A stretch of 40,257 nucleotides of DNA, taken from positions 1 to 40,257 of the forward strand of contig JBHHUM010000015.1 of NCBI GenBank assembly GCA_046861645.1, given 5' to 3'. The position numbers and the translations under genes were made by a program. Below, piece after piece: positions 1 through 7,938 of this stretch (positions within the stretch are counted from its first letter, which is position 1; each line of letters opens with the position of its first letter). Source of the stretch: Fidelibacterota bacterium (GTDB lineage Bacteria > Fidelibacterota > Marinisomatia > Marinisomatales > UBA2128). The notes below the pieces were generated by a model. That model had not been told where the DNA came from. It ran no database searches and worked only from the letters and a program-made list of their open reading frames with translations.

Positions 1-19
1 ATTTCTGAGAAAATAGTTG

Positions 20-48
20 TTGACGACGGTAAAACCGTCAACTATATT
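20..48 (+). promoter_or_regulatory. sigma70-type promoter overlapped by an imperfect inverted repeat
   Basis: TTGACG(20-25), 17-nt spacer, TATATT(43-48); ATG at 62. GACGGT-AAA-ACCGTC palindrome at 25-39. Confidence 0.6.
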
Positions 49-61
49 TACGCCCGTTATA

Positions 62-478
62 ATGGCAAAAGATACTAAAAAGACGATCCTCGAGGGCATT
101 GTTTGTCCCGAGTGCAGTGTTCCCTTGCACGATGAGCAACTTCAGGAATCCCTTGTTTGTCCATCTTGTAAGACAGATTTGAAGCAGCCTAAGTTTTTGG
201 ACTTCATCGAGTATCTGATCGCCAATGGAATAGTTAGTAATATTGACTTCTTTGATACAGCCCTTTACAGTGATGAGATCGAACGCTTGGATCCTTCTGA
301 TCAAGAAGAAGTTGACCCCCAGGATTACGAGAAGAAAAAAGAATCTTTTTCCTTGTTCGAAGATGAAATTGAGAAAATTGTCCAGCAGGAATCAGATGAA
401 ATTGAAGAAATGGATGAATGGGAAGGACTTGAAGAGGACTGGGAAGAGTTCAACAGGCGAGATGAAGAAAGTGAGTAG
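62..478 (+). CDS. Zn-ribbon protein (CPEC...CPSC) with a very acidic C-terminal tail, function unknown
   Basis: Two CxxC pairs and a D/E-rich tail. ATG 62 is preferred to TTG 17 because the promoter overlaps 20-48. Confidence 0.75.
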   Translation: MAKDTKKTILEGIVCPECSVPLHDEQLQESLVCPSCKTDLKQPKFLDFIEYLIANGIVSNIDFFDTALYSDEIERLDPSDQEEVDPQDYEKKKESFSLFEDEIEKIVQQESDEIEEMDEWEGLEEDWEEFNRRDEESE

Positions 479-483
479 TAATT

Positions 484-804
484 ATGAAGGAAAAAGAAAA
501 AGTCCAGCGTATAGATATTCAACTTGACAGTGATGTCGGTGGTGGTGAATACGCTAATTTTGTGGTCATTACCCATTCTCCAGCAGAATTTGTATTGGAT
601 TTCACACGGATTCTTCCGGGGATGAAAAAGGCAAAGGTGAACTCCAGGATAATAATGGCTCCTCCTCATGCTAAAGCATTCTTGAATGCACTAAAGGAAA
701 ACATTTCTCGTTATGAGAATAAGCATGGTGAAATAAAACTTCAGGAAAAGGGTGGATTTGGGGACATAGGTATTAAGCCGCCCCCAGATGTACTACCCAA
801 CTGA
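484..804 (+). CDS. DUF3467 family protein
   Basis: GEYANFVVITHSPAEFVLDF and SRIIMAPPHAKAFLNALKENISRYE match the family as recalled. Confidence 0.85.
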   Translation: MKEKEKVQRIDIQLDSDVGGGEYANFVVITHSPAEFVLDFTRILPGMKKAKVNSRIIMAPPHAKAFLNALKENISRYENKHGEIKLQEKGGFGDIGIKPPPDVLPN

Positions 805-899
805 TTTCTCTGTCTTTGCTGTCCCAAGCTTCCTGCTGACGCTCTATAGTGTCAAAACTCAGCGAGGTGGGGAAACTTTTCAGTAGTTAGGCAACAGTG

Positions 900-1232
900 A
901 TGAAATTTCTCTTCAAAACACTGCTTACCAGTTTTCTAACCTTATGGCTTTCTCTTTCTCCATGGTTGGAGACACACCACTATACTACTTTTCAAAACCG
1001 GTATAATCTCGAACAGAAAGGTCTCTGTAAGGAAGAATGTGAAAACCCTGCTCACCGCAGGGGACATATCCATCATAAGTGGTGCCAGGTACGTTTAGCA
1101 AAGTATATCGATGAATTACCTTATATTTTATTAAAAGATAACATTGTCTCACTCGACTGTTCACATACAGGGCAGTTACTGTTTTCTGTAACCTCTTTTA
1201 TAGCTTCACCCAGAGCCCCTCCCGCTTCTTAA
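900..1232 (+). CDS. putative secreted ribosome-arrest leader peptide (DUF2946/CutF/CruR-like architecture)
   Basis: N-terminal hydrophobic segment, HH, CKEEC, HRRGHIHHKWC, and C-terminal SPRAPPAS-stop (RAPP codons 1212-1223), directly upstream of a metal-uptake operon. Confidence 0.7.
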   Translation: MKFLFKTLLTSFLTLWLSLSPWLETHHYTTFQNRYNLEQKGLCKEECENPAHRRGHIHHKWCQVRLAKYIDELPYILLKDNIVSLDCSHTGQLLFSVTSFIASPRAPPAS

Positions 1233-1253
1233 TCTTCACTTTATTGAAGCTTA

Positions 1254-1297
1254 ACACTCTGATGTAGACACTCCTGGAGTGTGACTCAGAGTAGTGT
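1254..1297 (+). promoter_or_regulatory. intergenic stem-loop between the RAPP leader and the first transport gene
   Basis: ACTCTGA(1256-62) pairs with TCAGAGT(1286-92); inner ACACTC-CTG-GAGTGT(1268-82); no U-tract follows. Confidence 0.6.
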
Positions 1298-1326
1298 AGA
1301 AAACAGTAAATCTTTTACTTGGAAGG

Positions 1327-2373
1327 ATGATGAAGCGATCAATAATTGCGTGTCTGCTAATTGTCATAGGAGGACGGTCTCAAACAACGGTGAACCCTGA
1401 TATCAGTATTTTAGGTGATCTTCTCATAGAGAGAAATAGTGGTGATGTAGCGTTTTCAACTTCTGGAGTTGAATTAGCCATTCAAGGATATGTTAACCCC
1501 TTTGCTCGTGCTGATATTTTTCTACATGTTCATGATGAAGAGAGTCCGATTGAGTTAGAGGAAGCTTTCTTATCAGTTGAGAGGGGTCTTCCACTGGGGT
1601 TGGGTCTAAAAATGGGAAAATTTCGACCTAATTTTGGAAAAATCAATCGAGAGCACGCCCATACCTACTATTACATTTTACCTTCTGTTCCCGCTCAGCA
1701 AATTTTAGGTGAAGAGATGTGGTCAAGCCCAGGGATGGAAGCTGATGTATTGTTACCACTGCCGTGGTACAGTAATCTTTCTGTCGGTTATTACCAGGAA
1801 GGTATTAGTTCACATGCTCATCAACATATAGATAAAAATGCTAATGTAGATACCAGTTTATTAGAAGAATCAATGATACCTCCAGGATTTACGGGTCGCT
1901 GGTCACAGTTCCTTGACTTAAATCAAGTGACCCATGTTGAAGTAGGTATAAGTCACTTTCGAGAGCTGGGGAAAAAGGACCCGGTTACTGTGCTTGCAGG
2001 AGATATTAAAGTGAAGTGGCGTCCTGACATTTATCGTTCCCTGACCTGGCAGGCAGAATGGTTCCAAAAGGTGGAATCTGCTGAGTTAGAAGTACAAAAC
2101 GGAACTCGAGAGACTGTTAGGGCTGGATATATTTGGGTTAACTACCAGTTCAATCGTATCTGGAATACGGGAGTAATTCTCGACTTCTCTAGTAACCTCG
2201 ACTCAAAGTTTTACCAGTCGTATGGCTTGTTTGTCGGGTTCAGTCCAGTAGAGGAATCATCTGTACTGCGGGTACGCTTTCACCGGTCACATCATGGTGC
2301 AGAAGATCCTGAACTGTCACTAGTACTGCAAATGATCTGGTCGTTAGGACCTCATAAACCACATCGGTTTTAG
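1327..2373 (+). CDS. outer-membrane beta-barrel protein of the type associated with Zn/Mn ABC uptake operons
   Basis: Signal peptide, NPDISILGD, ELAIQGYVNPF, ELEEAF, His-rich loops and C-terminal LGPHKPHRF; adjacent to a metal-binding protein gene. Confidence 0.7.
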   Translation: MMKRSIIACLLIVIGGRSQTTVNPDISILGDLLIERNSGDVAFSTSGVELAIQGYVNPFARADIFLHVHDEESPIELEEAFLSVERGLPLGLGLKMGKFRPNFGKINREHAHTYYYILPSVPAQQILGEEMWSSPGMEADVLLPLPWYSNLSVGYYQEGISSHAHQHIDKNANVDTSLLEESMIPPGFTGRWSQFLDLNQVTHVEVGISHFRELGKKDPVTVLAGDIKVKWRPDIYRSLTWQAEWFQKVESAELEVQNGTRETVRAGYIWVNYQFNRIWNTGVILDFSSNLDSKFYQSYGLFVGFSPVEESSVLRVRFHRSHHGAEDPELSLVLQMIWSLGPHKPHRF

Positions 2374-2382
2374 GATAAAGTT

Positions 2383-3261
2383 GTGAGACAAACCACAATA
2401 CTACTACTGATCATTAGTTCATTTTCCTGGGGTAAAGTAAACATAGTGGCATCTATTACAGATTTAGCCGATATTGCTGCTCAAGTTGGTGGTGACAGGG
2501 TGAGTGTAACAAGTATAGCAAGGGGCAACCAGGATCCCCATTATGTAGAAATTCTTCCTTCTTATATGATGAAGGTACGAAAGGCGGATATCTATTTGGA
2601 GGTGGGAGTGGAACTTGATTTGTGGGCTCGACGGATCGTAGATGGCTCCCGTAACAAACATATCAAAGTAATTGACTGTTCGGTAAACATTCCTAAGCTG
2701 GAGGTACCAACTGGCAAGATTGACGCGAGTAGGGGGGATATCCACCGTTATGGAAATCCTCATTACTGGCTTGATCCTTTAAACGGTAAGATCATTGCTG
2801 AAGATATTACAAAAGCGTTGTCAGCAGTAGATCCTGCGGGACGGATGATTTACGAAGAGAATCTAAGGACATTGACTAATAAGATTGATTCTAAAGTAGC
2901 AGAGTGGTTGGAGGAATATTCCAGCCTGCAGAGAGAGAAAGTGATCTTCTACCATAACTCCTGGCCGTACTTTTCAAAACGATTTGGACTAAAAGTGGTC
3001 GCCTTTATAGAACCCAAACCGGGGATCATGCCGTCTCCTACTCATCTGCAAAAGCTGATAGAAGTGATTGAAGCTGAAAACATCAAAGTGGTAGCTATGG
3101 AGCCTTACTTTAGTGACAGAGCGCCCCAATTCTTGGCGCAAAAAACAGGGATCCAGGTCGTAACGCTCGCTCAATCGGTAGGCGCTCTGTCAGGGGCAGA
3201 TTCTTACCTGCAAATGATAGAGCTGAATCTGGCCACGCTAATGGAGGTATTGGGGAAATGA
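2383..3261 (+). CDS. metal (Zn/Mn) ABC transporter substrate-binding protein, ZnuA/TroA family
   Basis: QDPHY, GNPHYWLDP and YHNSWPYF motifs; signal peptide. Confidence 0.9.
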   Translation: MRQTTILLLIISSFSWGKVNIVASITDLADIAAQVGGDRVSVTSIARGNQDPHYVEILPSYMMKVRKADIYLEVGVELDLWARRIVDGSRNKHIKVIDCSVNIPKLEVPTGKIDASRGDIHRYGNPHYWLDPLNGKIIAEDITKALSAVDPAGRMIYEENLRTLTNKIDSKVAEWLEEYSSLQREKVIFYHNSWPYFSKRFGLKVVAFIEPKPGIMPSPTHLQKLIEVIEAENIKVVAMEPYFSDRAPQFLAQKTGIQVVTLAQSVGALSGADSYLQMIELNLATLMEVLGK

Positions 3262-4091
3262 TATTTGAGTATTTAGATATGATTATCTGGCCGCTACTAG
3301 CTGCTCTTGTGTTGACTGGCATTCATGTTTACTTGGGGCTTCATGTAGTGACAAGAGGTGTAATTTTTGTTGATTTAGCATTAGCTCAGGTAGCGGCTCT
3401 GGGAACTGCGGTTGGTATTCTTTTAGGTTGGGAGATTAACTCTGGTGCCACCTATTTACTTGCTTTAGGATTCACATTTTTAGGAGCCACACTTTTTTCA
3501 ATAACACGATCTCTGGACGAACGTATACCTCAGGAGGCTATTATTGGAATTACCTATGTGGTTTGTACTGCCTTGATGATTCTACTTTTCAGCAAATCAG
3601 TAGAAGGTGCTGAACATATTAATCATTTATTGATAGGATCTATTCTTTTTGTGACCCCAGGGAGAGTGGCCGCAACTTTTGTCCTTTATTCAGCCATTGG
3701 TTTATTCCATTGGCGCTATAGATCACAGTTCATGGCTGCCTCCAGGGGAAATGTCAGTGGGGATGTGAATACTCGTCTATGGGATTTCCTTTTTTACATG
3801 ACATTCGGTTTTGTCGTTACCAGTTCAGTAAAGATTGCTGGAGTACTACTTGTATTTTCTTACCTGGTTATCCCTGCAGTAGGGGCATTACTTTTTATGA
3901 ATTCAATTCGAAGCCGCTTGATTTTTGGTTGGATTTTTGGAGTTTTAGGAAGCCTTATTGGAATATTGTCGTCCCTAATGTTTGATATTCCTACTGGAGC
4001 AGCTATAATTGTGACGTTTGGATTATTTTTAGTAGTGGATATTGTCTGGTACTTGAGTCTGTCGGGTTCAAACAAGAAACAAGTAGTTTAG
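3258..4091 (+). CDS. metal ABC transporter permease (ZnuB/ABC-3 family)
   Basis: Multiple TM segments; GVIFVDLALAQVAALG and AGVLLVFSYLVIPA; ATGA overlap with the binding-protein gene. Confidence 0.9.
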   Translation: MIFEYLDMIIWPLLAALVLTGIHVYLGLHVVTRGVIFVDLALAQVAALGTAVGILLGWEINSGATYLLALGFTFLGATLFSITRSLDERIPQEAIIGITYVVCTALMILLFSKSVEGAEHINHLLIGSILFVTPGRVAATFVLYSAIGLFHWRYRSQFMAASRGNVSGDVNTRLWDFLFYMTFGFVVTSSVKIAGVLLVFSYLVIPAVGALLFMNSIRSRLIFGWIFGVLGSLIGILSSLMFDIPTGAAIIVTFGLFLVVDIVWYLSLSGSNKKQVV

Positions 4092-4111
4092 AAAGATTTT
4101 CCGTAAAATAA

Positions 4112-7100
4112 TTATAGTTGCCCCTGCAGACGGAGTACAATCATTCGGCCTAGCCTCGGTCCTCCGATTATCTCTGTATGTCGATTATCAAGTAAGTTAT
4201 TGATTGAAGCCCAAAGCTTAAAATGATCATTTATCTTATAACCTAAGTGAAGGTCAAGAATATTGTATGCTTTTATGGTGCCGTAGTAAATCCCTGATTT
4301 CCAGGCGAATTGATCCACATGACGTAAATAAGAAGCGATAGAAAATCCTTTTGGTGATTCATATGTAGCCTTGATTGACCATTTGTTCCTCGGGGCATTG
4401 ATAGGTTCCTTGGTTCCTGTGAGTGGATTTGAAAATTCTGAGATACTCAGGAAAGAGTAGTTGGCATCCAAGATGAGATTACGACTGAAAAAGTAGGTCA
4501 TACTCATGTCAGAACCCCACATAAAGACTTTTCCATAGTTAAGATAGCCTACCACTACGGGTGGGTTGCCGACGTATTGATTAGTATCCCCAACTACAAC
4601 AACACCTTTAATGTAGTCTGAAGGGGCATCGAAGAATTTATCAATTGTCAGATCGGGATCATTTGCTACTACAAGAGGGGTTACAAACAGAATGGGGCTA
4701 ACAAAGCTGTTATACCTACTGTAAAATATATCCAGTGTCCCGTAAATTTGGGGAGTCAACCGACCTTTGTAACCAAATTCCAGGGTTTGTACAATCTCCG
4801 GTTTAATAGGTTTAGGATCAATAGGGATATCGTCTTGGAAGGTACCTTTAATACGTGGATCAACGGAAGGAAATAGGAGTTTATAAAGACCATCCCAAAT
4901 TCCATTACTATTAGCGTCAGTCCATAGTTCGTGTCCTTCAGCAGGTTCGCCCTCGTCAAATACCCCATTACCTTCGGTCCCATTTAAGTCGCAGCCGGTA
5001 CATTGATAATTGCCATCTAGATCATCCCAGGGTTCACCAAAATCCCAGTGACCGTTGCCGTTGGTGTCAGTATAGGGTTCTCCTTGGATACCATCCGTCC
5101 CATAATCATGATAGTCAAACGAGCCATTATTATCAAATTCATAGACATCCACAACGTTACCCCAATAGTCGTAAACGGTATCTGTAGAGCCATCCAAGAA
5201 ACTCCAATCACCATCGCCATCGTTATCTTCGAAATTCTCCATTCCGACGTTATTATAGAACCAGTATTCTTTTTCGTCACCACTGATATCCCAGAAAGTG
5301 AGATAACCATTCTCATCACGGGGATAGAAGTATCCATTTGCTGCACCTTTGGCATACACCTTAAATACCGAAAAGCGCTGCACGAAGATATCCAGAAAAA
5401 GTGCCTGTGATGAAGGAGTATTAAATGCCTTTGCCCAGGTCAATCTGAAATTCTGGTTATCGCTGGGTCGGTACATGAGCCCAATTTTAGGAGAAATCTG
5501 CAAACCACTTGTTTTACTGAGATCGAATGACCATTTAATAGGGTTCGGTGAGTGATTTTTGCTGTCAAAATCGATGAAATGGGTAAGCTGCTCATGGACG
5601 TCAAAACGATTTGCCAGGATTAGTTCCCATTTGTCGGTCAGCTTCGTATTCGATTGAACATAAAAGCCTAGCTCATTGGTAAAGTTTCGATTATCTTCAT
5701 TCTTTTCGTCAATGCCTTCATCAATCAATCCATCACCATCATTATCGATACCGTCGGCAATGGCTCCCTGGGCATTATCAGAACCATCCAAGGAATCGTA
5801 GGAAGTGGGAATAAATCCTTCTCCGGGATCGTACCATTCGTTGTCGATCGTTTCGACCCACTCAGTGGGAGAGCCGTCTTCACCATCACCATCGTTGTCG
5901 ATCTTATCCCATAGATTATTGTCGTGAAGAATCGTGCCGTAAGTCTGAGGCATGGTACGGAAATAGTCGACACCCCACACAAACCGCTGTCGTTCATTCC
6001 AGAATGTCTTGTTGTATTGAACTTGTGCGCTGAACTTCTTGGATGTGTCTTTAATCAGCCCCCCAGTGGCCATGTTTCTGGTTTCACCAGCATAACTTGA
6101 ATTCATGTAAGTCTGGGCGAACCAGTTCTTGTAAGTCATACGCAGTTGACCGTAACGATAGATCCATCCATCGGCAAGGTACCGGGCTATGCCGGTAATG
6201 TTAATGTTTTTAGCCCAGGCATAACCGGTGGCAATGCTCATCTTGAAATCTTCATTGGGATCATAATCAATTCTTATATCTGTACGAATGTTTCGGACAT
6301 TGAAATCTAGAAAGTCATCTATACCATCACCATTGGAATCAAAGACGCGGTAAGACACTACACTGGAGTCACCTTCACATCCGAAACAACCATCCTGATT
6401 TGTATCGAAAAGCATGTTTCCTTCATGATCAAACTGATAATCTCCAAACTTGTTATTGCCATATTCTCCACTTCGGTTTTGAAACTTACTTCCCTTTTCA
6501 TCGGACTCGTCAATTTCACCATCACCGTCATTATCAATACCGTCGTACCACTTTTCATTCAAGTCATCAATGCCGTCATCGATTCCTTCGTCAATGTAGC
6601 CGTTGCCATTATTGTCAATCCCATCGGCGTAAATAATCCCATTATTATTTACTCCTGGTTCACCCGGATCAGGGATACCGTCGCCATCTAAGTCGGTAAA
6701 ATCGGAACTGTTACCATCATTGTCCAGTCCATCAGCCTGTGCTACCCAGGCATAGAAAACCCCGTTTTCCATATACCAGTCAATACCCAAACTATCAAGA
6801 TATTCTGCAGTTAATTCTCTATCATCATTTGGCCAGGGGTCAGCGATAGGTACGGCGGTAAAAGGATTACCTGATTCTAGATAGTTTGTCTGCCAAACCG
6901 CATCGAGTCCATCTCTAGTGAGGTCCCAGTTACCGATGAGAGCAAAATGATGTCCTTCCCACTCACCTTTGTTGAAATGGCGCCAGTCATCTGCCTCGAG
7001 GTAAGCACCGGAAACTTTTATGCCCCAATATTTCCATGCCTTGGCAGCACGAGCTGAAAACTTCTTAAGGTTGCGATCCCCAGCCTGGAAGTTGAGCACT

Positions 7101-7846
7101 AATGGATCAGAGAATCGGGGAGGTTTGGTTACTATATTCAGCACACCACTATGCGCATTTGGGCCGTAAGTGGCGGAGGATGGTCCCAGTACTACTTCAA
7201 TTTGTTGTACGTCGTCAGACGTCACTGGGATTACATTATAGGCTATCAGTCTGAGGGAGGGGACATTTGCCATTCGTCCATCAGTAAGAGTAAGCAAGCG
7301 GGAACTGAAACTGGAATTGAACCCCCGGGCACTCAGATTGTAACTGTCCACTCCAGACTGAGTAAAATCAACTCCCTTGATGGCTTTCATATAATCCCCA
7401 AGGTTGGTGTTGCTTTCACGCCTGATATTGCGTTCGGTAATCACGGATATAGCAGCCGGAGCGTCTTCAATACGTTCCTTGCGCCGGGAAGCAGTAACCA
7501 CGTAGGTCTGAAACTTGATAGCGGATGAAGTAAGTTCAATATCGACTATCTCCACAGCATCCTCTTCTAACTGGACACTCTGGGAAGCACTATTATAACC
7601 GATATAGCTGGCTTTAACCAGGTAGAGTCCAGCAGGTAGGTTTTCTACACTGTAAGCTCCATTAAAATCCGTAGCAGAACCAGTTGGCAAAGGTAGTGTT
7701 TCACTGGTAATAATTACATTAGCCCCCATCAAGGGTTCCCCATTGTCAGCATCAATAATGCGACCTTTGATGGCTCCACCTGCCAAGAGGTATATAGGTA
7801 CAATACCAGATATTATAAGAAACAGAACAAATCTCTGTTTCATCAT
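4112..7846 (-). CDS. TonB-dependent receptor with an N-terminal carboxypeptidase-regulatory-like domain and large Asp-rich insertions
   Basis: GRIIDADNGEPLMGANV N-domain; plug motifs VVTASRR, APAAISVI, LSARGF, IEVVLGPSSATYG; C-terminal INNLLD...GR barrel motif. Confidence 0.9.
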   Translation of the reverse strand: MMKQRFVLFLIISGIVPIYLLAGGAIKGRIIDADNGEPLMGANVIITSETLPLPTGSATDFNGAYSVENLPAGLYLVKASYIGYNSASQSVQLEEDAVEIVDIELTSSAIKFQTYVVTASRRKERIEDAPAAISVITERNIRRESNTNLGDYMKAIKGVDFTQSGVDSYNLSARGFNSSFSSRLLTLTDGRMANVPSLRLIAYNVIPVTSDDVQQIEVVLGPSSATYGPNAHSGVLNIVTKPPRFSDPLVLNFQAGDRNLKKFSARAAKAWKYWGIKVSGAYLEADDWRHFNKGEWEGHHFALIGNWDLTRDGLDAVWQTNYLESGNPFTAVPIADPWPNDDRELTAEYLDSLGIDWYMENGVFYAWVAQADGLDNDGNSSDFTDLDGDGIPDPGEPGVNNNGIIYADGIDNNGNGYIDEGIDDGIDDLNEKWYDGIDNDGDGEIDESDEKGSKFQNRSGEYGNNKFGDYQFDHEGNMLFDTNQDGCFGCEGDSSVVSYRVFDSNGDGIDDFLDFNVRNIRTDIRIDYDPNEDFKMSIATGYAWAKNINITGIARYLADGWIYRYGQLRMTYKNWFAQTYMNSSYAGETRNMATGGLIKDTSKKFSAQVQYNKTFWNERQRFVWGVDYFRTMPQTYGTILHDNNLWDKIDNDGDGEDGSPTEWVETIDNEWYDPGEGFIPTSYDSLDGSDNAQGAIADGIDNDGDGLIDEGIDEKNEDNRNFTNELGFYVQSNTKLTDKWELILANRFDVHEQLTHFIDFDSKNHSPNPIKWSFDLSKTSGLQISPKIGLMYRPSDNQNFRLTWAKAFNTPSSQALFLDIFVQRFSVFKVYAKGAANGYFYPRDENGYLTFWDISGDEKEYWFYNNVGMENFEDNDGDGDWSFLDGSTDTVYDYWGNVVDVYEFDNNGSFDYHDYGTDGIQGEPYTDTNGNGHWDFGEPWDDLDGNYQCTGCDLNGTEGNGVFDEGEPAEGHELWTDANSNGIWDGLYKLLFPSVDPRIKGTFQDDIPIDPKPIKPEIVQTLEFGYKGRLTPQIYGTLDIFYSRYNSFVSPILFVTPLVVANDPDLTIDKFFDAPSDYIKGVVVVGDTNQYVGNPPVVVGYLNYGKVFMWGSDMSMTYFFSRNLILDANYSFLSISEFSNPLTGTKEPINAPRNKWSIKATYESPKGFSIASYLRHVDQFAWKSGIYYGTIKAYNILDLHLGYKINDHFKLWASINNLLDNRHTEIIGGPRLGRMIVLRLQGQL

Positions 7847-7871
7847 ATTTCTGAAAATTCCCCCAAGTTAG

Positions 7872-7907
7872 CAATCAACCCCGCTTTAAGATAAGCGGGG
7901 TTGATTG
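7872..7907. terminator. perfect 15-bp stem-loop between the T9SS cargo gene and the TonB receptor gene
   Basis: CAATCAACCCCGCTT-TAAGAT-AAGCGGGGTTGATTG. No good U-tract on the coding (-) strand, so it may be a partial terminator or an mRNA stabiliser. Confidence 0.6.
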
Positions 7908-7938
7908 GTTTTCCAAAATTATCCGGTAAGAGACCGGA

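Noticed and set aside
805..899. Zur/Fur box upstream of the metal-uptake operon
   Set aside because: Only a weak TGAC-N10-GTCA dyad is present, with no AT-rich Fur-family palindrome.
4880..6950. Repetitive DNA in the TonB receptor gene as a CRISPR array or tandem repeat
   Set aside because: The repeats are degenerate, irregularly spaced and explained by protein-level DxDGDG motifs.
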